DNA of 64,000 nucleotides from Octopus sinensis. Lineage: Eukaryota. Made by a program: the position numbers and the translations under genes. Shown one piece after another: positions 12,990-26,809 of the stretch. How positions within the stretch are numbered: position 1 is the stretch's first letter; every line of letters starts with the position of its first letter. The notes beneath the pieces were generated by a model, which did no database searches, was not told the origin of the DNA, and saw only the letters and a list, made by a program, of their open reading frames with translations. The DNA is taken from contig NC_042999.1 in NCBI RefSeq assembly GCF_006345805.1, positions 75,516,001 through 75,580,000 of the forward strand, given 5' to 3'.

Positions 12990-14080
12990 CTCACTCCCCC
13001 CACATACACACTCATACACACACACATATATATACGTGTGTGTGTGTCTCTATGTGTATGTATGTGCGCGCGCTCTACATAGTTCTCATATTTGGATTTT
13101 GTTTCGCCTATTTCTGAAGTACATTGTGTTTTTTGATACAATACGCCCAAAAAGCCTCTAGCTTTGCGACGATACACACACGTTAAGTTAATCATATCAT
13201 ATATCATTTCATATCATATCATATATATTATATCACACATACAAACACGCACACACACACACACACATTGCGCGTGTGTGTGTGTGAATGTGTGTTTGCG
13301 TGTGTATGCGTATGTGTGTGTGAATGTGCGTGTATGCTTGTGTGTATGTGTGAATCTATGGAATATGGGTAACGTCATATATCAGCCTACTTATACCTGT
13401 ATCTTCTATGGTTTCAACTCACATTTTCCATCACTCCTACGTGCAAGTATTCTATCTCAGCAGTGGTCTTTTATTATTCTTTTACTCTCTGTGTAATTAT
13501 TTCTTTAACGCTCTTTCGTAATACCTATGCGTGTCTTTGCGAATGGCTGTGTGTGCTCGTACTCGTCTCTATATGAGTGTGCAAGAGGGTATCCGTGAAG
13601 CTTATGATTAATATTTCCTTGCAATTAATACTGTTGAGTTTATATGGGCCTTCAGTGAATGCATTCAATCTTAAAGGTATATGGGTAAAGAAACAATAAG
13701 AAGGACAAAGGTGATTGCGATAAAATGAAAGGATAGAAATGCAGAAAGAGAAAAATGCATTAAATATAGACCACAGCCGAGAAATATTTTTCTTAAAGAG
13801 TTCTCACTAAATGAATGGTGTATTAAACAAATAAATGATGGAGTTGAAAGTAAAACCCATTTATGCAGTAAAGTGGTGGAAAATTAGTATGTTGGAGGTA
13901 GTTAATACAGCAGTCAATGAAAGTAGCTAACACAGTTAATGGCAGATTTTTAAAACAGATTTGTGAGGTGTGGACTGGAAGTGTCAAAGACTTTGTTTAA
14001 CACAAGTATGCAGTTTATAGTAGACGCGGCGTGCAAACACTGGCGGCAATGTTACGACCTTTCCGTTTGTCACACACACG

Positions 14081-14115
<35 letters not shown>

Positions 14116-14488
14116 TTAAACCACCAGACAAGCACACACAAACATTAAGTTCTACAAGGAAAATGTTAACAGTAGCTTCGAAGTTGGATCAGACACAAGC
14201 TTTTCCTTCTAGAAATTAAATATACACTCTATGACAAAGTATTTCTCTAGTGCAATGTTTAGATGAATAGAAATATTACATTTCTAAATATCTCAGAGAG
14301 ATATAAGCAGTGGTGATACGATAGAGCAGTTGTATACTGTCAACTTAACGTGACAGTCCTATAAAGGGTATCACACCACCGCTATTTAGCCCTAGGAAGC
14401 ATCAACGCTTCCTGTGGGCCTTGACACATTTCCTGTGTCCTTATGTTTACAAGGGGGAGACTAGCATCCCCATCCAGCTAAGCCTGCA

Positions 14489-14530
14489 TCCAGAGACTAG
14501 TTTCTGAGTCTTGCTCATCATCAGTCTGGA
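14489..14530 (-). ncRNA. Canonical minimal type-I hammerhead ribozyme
   Basis: Minus strand reads TCCAGA-CTGATGA-TGAG caaga CTCA-GAAA-CTAG-TC^TCTGGA. It has an intact core, GUC cleavage triplet, 6-bp stem I, 4-bp stem II and palindromic stem III (ACUAGU). Confidence 0.85.
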
Positions 14531-14631
14531 GTAGCATGGCTTGCTAGCTGCAGATGCTTGTCTAGACCTTGTAAACATATATAATAATTCCAGTGAAATA
14601 ATTATATATAATTTTGCATAAAAACGCGCAC

Positions 14632-14669
<38 letters not shown>

Positions 14670-15069
14670 AAATGTGTGTGTGTGTGTGTACCAGTTTTCA
14701 ACCTGTTTTTTCTTCAAGTATACCGAATTTAGTTCACAGTATCATTTACATTCGTTGATCATTGCTGATGCCAGTGAAAAGCAGATAAAAAAACTTTTGT
14801 TAGAGAATTGATGAGCAGAGAACATGATTTAGTTTCGATGACTACTTGATTCTTTTTTGTAAATGTCTTTGTCGGTCAGTCAGAGAAGGAAGTGTTGCAT
14901 CCATTGCCCTATTCAGGGTTCCCAAAACGGATAGAAAGAACTTATCTTCGTATCGAAGTTCTAACCCTCGCTAAAAGTACTTAAGGATTAGTACCTTTTA
15001 GAATTGTGCACCCCTAAAGAAGAGAAACTGACTTGTCAACTGTCTCCGCATAGTCTATAAAATGTCGCC

Positions 15070-15170
15070 CAAGGGGCTATAGCAGTAAACACTAACCCAA
15101 AATGCGACGCAGTGGGATCGAACCTAAAATGACGTATTTGCAAAGGAAGCATCTTGACCACACAGCCACA
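15070..15170 (-). mobile_element. Family A SINE head, degenerate
   Basis: CGCAGTGGGATCGAACC...GACCACACAGCCAC is the reverse complement of the tRNA-like head. Confidence 0.65.
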
Positions 15171-15585
15171 ACTAAAGAAACGAGTTATTGTAAGTGGTAT
15201 GGTTAATCTTGTAGAAAGGTATCCTCAATTCAGTTTTAGTTTTAAGTTGGAGCCAATGTACGTGAATGCCGTTCTCATTTAATTATGTTCGCTCAGTGAC
15301 GGTTTATTTGTTGTTGTTGTTGTTGTTTCGAAGTTTGTTGTTTAGCTCCAAGACAGGTGTGACAGAGTAGATCCATGATCGTAAGCATTTTAATTGTGAC
15401 CATTTTGTTCAATCTATCCTTCACTTTTTAAGAGCGTAATGGGGAAGCAAGGCGTGATTTGAAAAGGATTTGGTTGTTATTTCTTGTAAATTGATTGGCA
15501 GCGTAAGGGCTTCCCCGTTTGCTCCTTGCTTTGTTATTGTTTTTATCGTTTAACCCCAAGGAGTTATATATAATCTTTTATGTTT

Positions 15586-15930
15586 TTAAGGTGGTGCTCG
15601 AGCACCACCTTAAGGGTTTTTTAGTCGAAGAAATCGACATCAAGACTTATTCTTGGTAAACCTAGTACTTATTCAATGGGTCGCTTATGCCGAACCACTA
15701 AGTTATGGGGACGTAAACATACCAGCATCGGTTGTCAAGCGATAACAGGAGGACGAACACAGTCACAAAGACACACACATAAATACTTATACGTATGTAC
15801 GACCATATCCACTCACAAGGCTTTGGTCGGCCGACGCTATAGTAGAAGACACCTGCCCAAGGTTTCACCGAGTGGGACTGAACTCGGAACCATGTGGCTG
15901 GGAAGCAAATATCTTACAACATAGCCAAAC
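15586..15930 (-). mobile_element. Composite family A SINE
   Basis: CACTCACAAGGCTTTGGTCGGCC...CTATAGTAGAAGACACCTGCCCAAGG plus the 3' module. Confidence 0.8.
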
Positions 15931-16723
15931 ATGTGTTTGTGTATATATATATGTATATGTGTGTGTGTGTGTATGGTGCTCCAGCATGACCGCAGCCGCA
16001 TGGCTGAAATGAGTAAAAGAGTAAATGTGTGTTTGCGTGTGTATGTGCGCGCGCGTGTGTGTGTGTCTGTATGTATGGCCAGAAAGAAAGAGAAGTGAGA
16101 AATAATAAGCGACAAAAAGATAGAAAGACAGACTGGTCGATAGCTTCGCAGAATTAAAGAACGAAAAAAGAGAAAATTGGAAAAAATACAAAACAAAGTG
16201 AAACGAACTAAAAGAAAGTAAAGAGGTATTAATCAAAAGCCTGCGAAGGCAAAGTAATTATTTCGCACCGAAAGCTACCAATATTCTGACTGTCCTTTAG
16301 GCACGAAGTAAACTAATAACAAAAAGCGGTTGTAAAGCTGAGTGGTTGGTTTTCTTGGCGGGAAGTCTTTAGTTGGAAGTTACAAATCAAACAGAATCGA
16401 CGACAGTGTAACAGCATTAAACGTAATATGACGTCCGATGCAGGTTTTGATATTAGAAAATATACGATCTCTATATAAAAACGAAAACGCCTGCAATTGC
16501 AGTCGTTTTTGAAAGTGCCAAATGCATACGTACATCGTGCGCATGTCTGTTAGTGTATGTGTGTGTACCCGTGTATGTGTGTGTGAATTGTGTGTCTGTG
16601 TGCTGCGTTTGTAAGTGCACAGAGAGGTACGTTGAGTACAAGCGTGAGTGAGTTTAAGCTTGCATTTACCAAACACCTATCTATCATATATGCCTATACA
16701 TACACGCAGCTCATATATGCGCA

Positions 16724-16759
<36 letters not shown>

Positions 16760-16990
16760 CACACGCGCGTCAATGTAAGTATTATTGGTCTGTAAGGTTG
16801 CATAAGCGACTTGATTCAAGGCCCAAGAGTTCAATAGGTACAATTTAGTAAGCGCAAAGGACGAAAATTTTCGGTTGTTGAATCACTTATGCAGCTAAAC
16901 AACCGAATATAATCTGTAAAAACTCTTAGGCATGTAGTTCTATTCCTATAATACTGACTTGCCCCTCTCTCTCTATTTCTTTCTCCACCC

Positions 16991-17041
<51 letters not shown>

Positions 17042-17059
17042 AATTCTTTGCTAATAAAA

Positions 17060-18990
17060 GTAGTGAGATTGATGAATCCCTGGTAAAGAATAATTCAAAA
17101 TTCACCCCGCCAAAAGGAAGAAATAACTATCTCGATCAATACATTGATATCCTGTCTAACTTTCCCCTTAGCCACAATGCTAATGTTTGGGAAAATATTA
17201 ACAAATCAGAGATATTTGCACTTAAACGTCTACAAAACGAGAACACAATAATCACTGGTGAACAAAATGAAACTTTTTTTAATCATCAGAGTTGCTGATT
17301 GACTTTTCTGTGTTAATTTTTGATATTGATTACGAATCTGAAGTCCGATTTTTTCTATCAGGTCACATTTTCATGTTGATACCTGCTGTTTTAACTTATA
17401 GGATACGTAAAGCATGTCTATTAGTAGAATGTCAACATTCTACTGTGAAATACCTTCAAATATAGACCACTACAACATGAAGAAGGTCATTAATCTGATT
17501 TCAAAATACTACAACTCCCTTACCAATAATGAAAGAGACTACATCACCAATCCCGAACCAAAACCCTGCAACTTCTATGGTTTACTGAAAATACGCAAGT
17601 CAAAAGAAATTCAGCATGCAGTAAAGGAACAAGAAAGTGAGCACATAAAATAGGAAGACACCTATTATTGCTGGTTCAGCAGTCCCTACCCACCGTCTAA
17701 GCAATTTTATTGACGTTATTTTGAAACCATTATGTATCCACATACCTAGTTTCATCCAGGATGACATCGCCTTCCTGTCCCATCTTTCCAAAACAACAGA
17801 ATCGAATTCACTTTTATTTAATTTTGATGTAGTAATCCTTTACACCAATATTAAAAAAAACTGGATGGAAAAAACATAGAGAAGAAATTCCCAGTAGATT
17901 CATTTATATTAAACACAGTCAAACCTTTCCTTGAAAATAACACAGTCTTTTTCAATGGAAAGAATTACATCGAAGTTAGAGACACAGCCATGGGAACGAG
18001 ATTTGCTCCCGTCTACGTGAATTCCGTAATGTGATACTTAGAAAAACAAACTTTATCAAAGAATAGAGAAACGCTACGGTACTGAATTGAAGATGCATGA
18101 AGAGATACCTTGACGACTGCTTCATAATGTGGACATCAACTCTAGATACTCTGGAAGAATTTAATATCCTCCTGAACAATCTGCACCAAATTCTCCAATT
18201 TACGAAGAAGATGAGTAGTACCAAATAACCATTTCTAGACATAATGGTAATTAAACGTGATACAACTACACCACTGATATCTACTATAGACACACAGACA
18301 CACACCAGTACCCACACTTTAAATGGTACCATCCAACTCATACAAAACGCGATATCCCAAACTGCCCAGCCAGAAAAAGATGTGAATACCAGAGAGAAAC
18401 ACCTAACTGAACTCAAATAATTTCAATTCAAACAAAAGTATCCGTCTCTACTTATAGAAAATGATATACAACGTGCTATAGAAATACTCATACAACAACT
18501 TAGGGCAACCCCCAAAAGAGGAAAGCAAGAACAGGTCATACTATTTATTATGGCACACAATCCATTTCACCAAAATACTTTTAGCATTGCTAAAACAAAT
18601 TCGCTGGTCATTTCTCAAAGTAATGAATTAAAGGATCGTGCTATGATTCTAATTAAAAGACAGCCGAAGAACTTGAAACAATTATCATCAAAGTCAAAGT
18701 TTGACCTAAGCAACAGTAATGATAATCGATGTGGTTGGTACATGTCAGTCCATACATACTGATCAATATATGAACACAGAAACCGGAAGAATATTTCAAA
18801 TGCAAATATGAACTGGAAAAGCAAATATTTAATTTACGGCATCAAATGCTTGAATTGTGAAGAGATATACGTTGGTCATACTGGGAATGCATTATCAGAA
18901 CGTTCGCGTGTGCACCGACAGCAAATTAGGGACACAGATGTCCGTCAGATCCCTTTAAGCAACCATCGGGCAACATGTAGTGAGGTTTAG
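17060..18990 (+). mobile_element. Penelope-like retroelement (RT plus C-terminal GIY-YIG), decayed, with a ~130-bp insert near 17285-17415
   Basis: PCNFYGLLKIRK, PIIAGSAVPTHRLSNFIDVILKP, TAMGTRFAP, RYLDDCF, PFLDI, and LIYGIKCLNCEEIYVGHTGNALSERSRVHRQQI. Confidence 0.9.
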
Positions 18991-19189
18991 CATACGCAGT
19001 GAATGCTTTGCGGCACACGTCACGCTGGTAGGGCTTCTCGTCAGTATCCAACCGCAGGTGCACAATAAGATTGCTAGATGTTGCGAATCCATGCCCAAGT
19101 GTCCTAGCAAGAGTTGATTAAGTCCCAGCTTGTATCCCATTAGCAGTACCACTTTCAGAGCTCGAATCTCCTAATTCACAACTACATTG

Positions 19190-19400
19190 CTACAATCTCT
19201 GCAGTCTCCATAGCCAACTTGGTTGCCTTTCACCTAGAGGATCCTGCGAAGCCAATCATACTGCAAGCTATGCAGTAAGACTGAAATGCGAGCCCTGTGC
19301 ATTCTTCCTCGATAGCTACAACTCAGCATATATTTTCCTCTTACTCTCATTTGCTTCTTCAATGCGGTCCTCAAAAAGAAAACAGATGCTCCTGACAGAA
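19190..19400 (-). mobile_element. Possible HERO/R2-group RLE LINE 3' fragment
   Basis: Minus strand gives RIEEANESKRKIYAEL...PSWLWRL, similar to the EEAHERK..KY...SxWLW ends of HERO elements. Confidence 0.45.
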
Positions 19401-19980
19401 TCAATTGCTTGACGCCTTTGACATCAGCACTTTATACGATTTTAGTGATGAGGTGGCAGGTAAATTTGTACACCCGCACACGCACGCGCATGCACACAGA
19501 CACACATACACATATATTGACATTTTATATCAGAAAAGTTTTTTTCTTTTACCACTATTATTGAAAATAATTTTTTTCCCATTTACTGTGATTCTGACCA
19601 TTATTTGACAGTTGCTCGCCACAGATATATTTTATCACTTAAGTGTACCGTTAGCAAAGCAATTTTATGACTTTGTATTAAATATATAACTGATGTCGTT
19701 TTTCGCTGGAGTTAGTGTTAAAAATATGCACTCACTTTAATTTAGAATATTTCAGCTGGAAGCTGAAATTTCACAAATTGTTATGCTGAGTCACCTCCTA
19801 ACGATCGAATGATTATTGTCCTTTAATATAGCTCAAAATGATCAGTTAGGAATTAGATAAATATAAAAAAGACCACAAAACCCAAAGCCAGTTAGTGAAA
19901 GAGTTTTACAAAGAACGGTTGGCAGTAATCTCAGCATTGTTGTTTTCATTTATTTTCTTGGGTGCTTGTGTTTCTACATA

Positions 19981-20551
19981 AAATCTGAACACGAATAAAT
20001 TTTACACTTAGCAAAAATCTAATGGTAGATCAATTTACTGTAATAATTTCTTATTTAGTTTAGGGCTAAATGTTTGGGGGTGCTTGTCGATTAAATTAAC
20101 CCCGGTACATGACTGGTATTTTATCGCATATAAAATTAAATTGGCCAATCTTGAATTTAGTTCCTCATACACGCATGATACGTTTCCTTGAAATTTAGGC
20201 AGCAAGTTGTACCAGTTTGAAAATTTTAAAACTATCTTTCAAGGTATTCATGTATTTGAGATGTTAGGCTGCTGCGGGCGCACTCCATAATTCTTACCTC
20301 CAAACCATATGCATTCAAATGGATAGATTCGGAGGTATTTTCAAATTTTGAAAATTATGAATCACATCATCTCTGTTTTTTTAATGATTTAATAAAAATC
20401 AAAGCCACCTAAAAAAAAATCTCGAGGTTTCTCCTTTAATCTCGGAAAATTTTTACATATTGGAAATCTGAATACGAATAAAAAAATCTAATGGTAGATC
20501 AATTTACTGTAATAATTTCTTATTTAGTTTAGGGCTAATTGTTTGGGGGTG
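19981..20551. repeat. Local direct duplication (19981-20082 and 20464-20551)
   Basis: About 55 nt identical (AAATCTAATGGTAGATCAATTTACTGTAATAATTTCTTATTTAGTTTAGGGCTAA). Confidence 0.85.
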
Positions 20552-20634
20552 TTTGCGCATGTGTATAGGATGTGTGTACATAATACATATATACGTGTAT
20601 ATATATATATATATATATATACATACGGGGAGAT

Positions 20635-20692
<58 letters not shown>

Positions 20693-21012
20693 AGAAACAT
20701 ACATGCATATATATAAATTTGTAAATTCTCGCAAGAAATTTCAGATGTGTTTTTGTGTGAAGCACATCTTTTTACTTAAATGTATCTTATCTACACTAAT
20801 GTCACATCTCCAAACAACGGTCCTATTGTCCGCCAATAAGATCCTTGTGATGATATTTAAGCAGTTTCTCGGTACAATTATTAAATAATAAATTATTATT
20901 CCATTCTTCACAATCTCCCGAAGATAGGCAGCGGGAGAAACTTCATGTTTCAGATTCCAATAAATTACAGAAATCTACTTTCAGTATTGAGTACTCTATT
21001 TTCTCTCTCTCT

Positions 21013-21089
<77 letters not shown>

Positions 21090-21110
21090 TGTAAGCGTCA
21101 CACATCTTTA

Positions 21111-21301
21111 GGCGCAGGAGTGGCTGTGTGGTAAGTAGCTTGCTTACCAACCACATGGCTCCGGGTTCAGTCCTATTGATTGGCACCTTGGGCAAGTGTC
21201 TTCTACTATACCTTCCGGGTGACCAAAGCCTTGTGAGTAGATTTGGTAGCTGGAAACTGAGAAACCCATCGTATATATATATATATATAGGTGATAAATA
21301 A

Positions 21302-21350
<49 letters not shown>

Positions 21351-21510
21351 GTATATGTTTGTGTGTTTTTGTTTGTCCCTTCCAACATCGCTTGACAACC
21401 GATAGAATAAGTACTAGGCTTACAAAGAATAAGTCTTGGGGTCGATTTGCTCGACTAAAGGCGGTGCTCCAGCATGGCCGTAGTCAAATGACTAGAACAA
21501 ATAAAAGAAT
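21111..21510 (+). mobile_element. Well-preserved composite family A SINE (tRNA-like head, CORE-like block, (TA)n, 3' module)
   Basis: GGCGCAGGAGTGGCTGTGTGGTAAG (A box), GGTTCAGTCC (B box), GGCACCTTGGGCAAGTG; 3' module ends AAGGCGGTGCTCCAGCATGGCCG. Confidence 0.9.
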
Positions 21511-21521
21511 ACATGTATATA

Positions 21522-21571
<50 letters not shown>

Positions 21572-22434
21572 TTATATGTGTGTATATTCATAAACATGCA
21601 TGCACATACACACACAGGCACGCACACGTATATGTTTATTTCTATGCTCCAATACATCCATTCGCTTATACTTGCAGGCGTGCATGTTTCTATACTTACA
21701 TATATCCATGTACATGTACTTACATGTATACTTGTCTTTTATAGATGTACGCAGAAGCTAAAGTGTGCATATATTCATAGCTTATACATATATAGAGAGA
21801 AACATGCACACTTACGTGCATTCATACGTACACGCACATATCTCCATATCTACATTTATACATACATCTGAGCACCCATACATACATATCACAATGGAAG
21901 ACACGTGACAATATATTTTTTGCCAGAGAAAAAGCAGAGGCGTGTTGAAACATAAGGAAACTGACACTTCCACTTACAGCTTAGGTTTTTCTTTTTCTTT
22001 CACTTTCGTTTTACACATTTTGAATAGCGAATTGATTTTTTCCCTCCATTTTGTTTCTATTTTGTTTAGCTTTGTTTTCTCTTAAACGTTCCATTCTGCT
22101 TTTATTTGCCGTTTGACAGCCACTCATCCACTTGAGTTTATTGACTGGTTTGGCTTTCAACCAAAGTGTGTGCATTTAGATAAAATAGAAGACAAGCGAG
22201 CTTGATCGTGCCTGGAAAGGCGTCGTCAAAGAAAAGTGCTGGATAAACTTGATCCAACCGCTGTCATAAAAGTAGTTGGCCAACAATTCTGTCCGTCTTA
22301 CATTTTCTGCAGTTAATCACCAATACGTTTTGTTCTTAGACAAATATCCGTCACCTAAGTTATATAAAAGTGAACATTCGTACGTTGCATTTATCTACAT
22401 AAATGCACACACACACACGCCTTCACACATGCAT

Positions 22435-22479
<45 letters not shown>

Positions 22480-22519
22480 CATATGTGTACATATACATAT
22501 ATATATGAATATATAATAT

Positions 22520-22595
<76 letters not shown>

Positions 22596-23512
22596 ACACA
22601 CACATGTACACATACATATATACATAATGGTAGATAGATATCTGTATTTAAATGCACACTAACACATATTAGGGGAAGGCTATTTGATCGGTACATAAAT
22701 GTGTACACACATCCTATACACATGCGCATACGTACACACACACGTGTGTGTGTGTGTATGTGCATGCGTTTATGTATGTATGATATAGAGACAGAGACAT
22801 GTATTAAGAAATATATTTATTCATAAAGGAGCGTGTAATATTTTGTCAAATGTTTATCTCCCCCTCATACTTACCCTCTTCTTTCATCTTCATTTTGTCT
22901 GTTGTGAGCGTTTATGCGGGTGCGCATGCGTGCATAATACATGCATACATGTATACATTTATACATATATGCATATGTGTGTGCGCATGCGTACATAATA
23001 CATGCATACATGTATACATTTATACACACATGCATATGTGTGTGCGTGTGCATATACGTGTATATATATATATATATATATACACATAGATATGTATGTA
23101 TTTATATATGTGTACATGAATATAAATATATACATACACAATACACACACACGCACGCAAACACACACACACATATGCATTGCGTATATTTAAATTCTCA
23201 CTAAACTGCCACCATTCTTCCAGTCACTCATTCCATTAGCGTATCAAAGGCTCTCATCTTTCTCCCCCACTGCTTATTTGTTGCTCCTCTATGATTCTAT
23301 TACCTACATATACGTACATGCATAAAATTACGTACACCCAACTATAAACGTGTGAGCTTTCACGCAAGTATATATGTGTGTGTGTGTGTGTTTATATATA
23401 TATACGAGTGTGTGTCTGTGTGTGTTTATATATATGAGTGTGTGTGTGTACGTAGTGTTTGTTTGTGTATGTTTGGCGGTGCGTGTGTTTGTGTGTTCCT
23501 TTTTACCTTCAT

Positions 23513-23755
23513 TTAGTGGCTTAGTGGTTAGGGTGTCAGCATCATGATCGTAAGATTATGGTTTCGGTTCCTGGACCGGGCGACACATTGTGTTCTTGAG
23601 CAAAACACTTCATTTCACGTTGCTCCAGTCCACTCAGCTGGCAAAAATGAGTACCGCTGCGGTGGACTGGCGTCCCGTCCAGCTGGGGAACACATGCACA
23701 ATAGAAACCGGGAAACCGGGCCCATGAGCTTGGCTAGGCTTCAAAAGGGCGTATT
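23513..23755 (+). mobile_element. tRNA-derived SINE, family C
   Basis: TGGCTTAGTGGTTAGG A box, GTTTCGGTTCC B box, TGTGTTCTTGAGCAAAACAC core; related copies at 27066, 33345 and 36760. Confidence 0.85.
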
Positions 23756-23949
23756 TATTTTATTTTATTTTTTTACCTTCATGTAGACGTGGACGAGAAG
23801 ATAGGTTTAGGTATGCTCTAAACATGTACATAGTCATTGTTTCGATTCTCGGGCGAGGTATTTAACGTTACTTACACTTCGTGCCTGAATATATCATCGA
23901 GCAAAATACACACAGTAGAGTGAAAAAAGATCAAGATTTCAGGGGTCAA

Positions 23950-24035
<86 letters not shown>

Positions 24036-24037
24036 GC

Positions 24038-24103
<66 letters not shown>

Positions 24104-24120
24104 GTCTGTCTATCTATCTA
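23950..24120. repeat. (TATC)n microsatellite, left flank of the Tx1 insertion
   Basis: Direct tandem repeat. Confidence 0.95.
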
Positions 24121-25636
24121 GGGTGGTCACTCTTGCCCGGCAATGGGCCAAGAGGAAACTGTCCCTGAAAGGTCGGGCGGAGGTGGCGAACACGTACATC
24201 GCGTCCGTCATCTACTACCGCCTGACCGTCGTGCCTCGTCCCGACCCTACCATCACCAAACTAGAACGCATTCTCTTTCGCTTCTTGTGGAAAGGATGCG
24301 CCCCGATGGGCAGGCGATCCATTTGCTGTCAACACCCGTTAAAAGGAGGACTGGGCATGCCGTGGTTGATGATGCGCAGACACGCGCTGAGACTGCGACA
24401 TCTCAGGCTCTTCGTAGACGACGGTGAACAGGTGTGGTCGCCGTTTGTGAGGCACGCTTTCCCGCAGCTTGTCTCCATGACCGAACTGCAGTCGTGGATC
24501 AAAAAGAGGCCGAGGAAGGGCGAATGGCACCGTGAGTGTCGCGTTGCTCTCGAGCAAATCTGCCGTCCTGGGTCGACATTGATTGACTCCATAACAACCA
24601 AAGCATTCTATAGGGGATTAGTGGAAGGGAGGTACGACGACGAACTCGGGGCGAACCTGGACGTCGACGAGGAATACCTGGCCCGCCTGTTCGGGACGAC
24701 TTTCGGGCCAGGGCTCATGGACAACTTCTAGAGATCCCTGGCCTGGCAGTGCTACCGAGAAGCGCTACTCGTTCAGGATAAGCTCTACAGACACGGCTCG
24801 AGAAACACGGGGCCGACCTGCCCGAGATGCGGTCAGAGCGACGAAACCGTTCTGCACGCACTCGTGCAGTGTCCAACAATTTCCGACCTGTGGGCTTATG
24901 TCGAACAACTGTTGTCACGTGTGGGACGAGTCAGTTTATCAGCTGAGTCTATCGTCAATATTGTCACGCCTCCTTCCTTCAAACGGGAAGGAAGAGCTAT
25001 TTTCATCATCCTTGTGGCTATGGCGAAGGAATGTATCTGGTGGACGCGTCTGAAAGGATTGGAGGCAAACACTTTCCTCTCTGATCAATCTCTCATCAAC
25101 TTCTTCAAGTACCATTTGAAAAGGAAAGTGAGAGTAGAAAGGCAAGTTTTGTCTAGCGAATTTTTTTAAAAAAGATGGGTGAATGTAGCCACCTTGAGCA
25201 TAATCCTATGAACCCAGAAAATGAAAACAGAGGGTTACCCACTTGCAAACAAAAGTGGTAACATATAACAATATTGACCGAGGTTGCCGTGGTCTTTTTC
25301 GTAGGCTTTTCTTCCCACGGATAAACCTTATCTGCTTTCCCCTTTACACCGTACACCATGACACTGTGATACACGATCCCTATTGATCGTTTTTTTCCTC
25401 TCCCCCTTTTTTCCTCTTCTTTCTTCCTTTTTTATTTTTATTTTCCTTTTTTTCCTTTTTTTCTTTTCCTTTTCCTTTTCTTTTTTTTACGATCCCTTTT
25501 GATCGAAAACCTACACCACTTTTTTTTGTTTCTTTTGTCTTTTGTTTTTTTTTATGTTTTTTCATCCCACAAAAGAAAAGCTCTACCTTGTAAGTTGTCC
25601 CATCTGTGTGCAGCCCTGTGTGGCCAATAAAGAAAC
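24121..25636 (+). mobile_element. 5'-truncated Tx1/L1-clade LINE inserted in (TATC)n
   Basis: ORF2 C-terminal part in one frame, 24123-25169, with a single internal TAG at 24729: [23 protein letters not shown] and zinc knuckle CPRCGQSDETVLHALVQC. A pyrimidine-rich 3' UTR ends AATAAAGAAAC. Confidence 0.9.
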
Positions 25637-25756
<120 letters not shown>

Positions 25757-25838
25757 CGTATGTATGTGTCTGTGTATGTGCATGTATGTTTCTCTCTTTC
25801 TTTGTTTCTCCCCGCTCTCTCTCTTCCTCTCTATCTCC

Positions 25839-25931
<93 letters not shown>

Positions 25932-25969
25932 CACGTATATATGTATTATGTATATGTACATATGCATAT

Positions 25970-26230
25970 GTGCATAAATAAAACAGGTGGGTTACCCATA
26001 TACGTTTATTTTCCGTGGGGGAGCGCTCTCTCTCTCCTCTTTACTTATCCCTTTTCCCCTTGCCTTCTGTGTATCCGACGAAGGACTATGTCCGAAACGT
26101 TACACATTTACTCTACAACTTTCTCTTTACAACTTTTCCCTTCTTTCTGCTTCAGCCTATTAACATTAACTGTGAACGTCCCGAGGACTTTTGATTTTAT
26201 TTTATTTGGTTTTGACTTTTGTTATTGATT
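25970..26230 (+). mobile_element. PLE-type terminal repeat with variant hammerhead (26068-26106)
   Basis: TGTGTAT-CCGACGA-A-GGAC tat GTCC-GAAACGTT-ACACA. Confidence 0.55.
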
Positions 26231-26809
26231 TGCTCTCTGTCAATATATATGTTAACATACAAGGTAAAATAAAACGTAAGATTGTTTATATTATATTTCG
26301 TCACATCTTACGTACATTTTGCTAACATAAATTGATTAATGGTTATATAAAATAAATTCAATTAGCAAAATATTATCAATTGGCTCGAGATGCGTAATTT
26401 TATATGTAGCAATACTGGATTGAGGAGATGTTAACAGAATCAACAATCATGGAGACTGTCGTTTGTTATTTATGTTTTTTTTGTTTTTTTGCTGCAAGTT
26501 GTTTGAACTTTATGTGACCTTATGCATTTTCTTGAAGTCATATTTTTACTGATTAAGGTCATTCCAGAAGTAGAATTATTAGGCAAGGAGGAGACATATA
26601 AACAAAAGTTATAGTAAGTCAGACAAGCGGGAGTCAACTAAAAATGTGTAGATATATGAAACGAAACACCAGCAATGAAATGAAACTAAATACGCCCAGG
26701 AAAGCGGCAGAAAATAATCTAACGCTTAGAACTTATTCCCTTTATCAAGGAGAAGGAAAGTAATTAGAAAAGCAAGAAAGAATAGAAAGAAACGATACCG
26801 AATTTACGA

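Noticed and set aside
16862-16905. CGAAAATTTTCG palindrome (also at 48299) and an adjacent 10-bp inverted repeat
   Set aside because: Short and low in complexity, no HHR core, and the spacing does not fit a heat-shock element.
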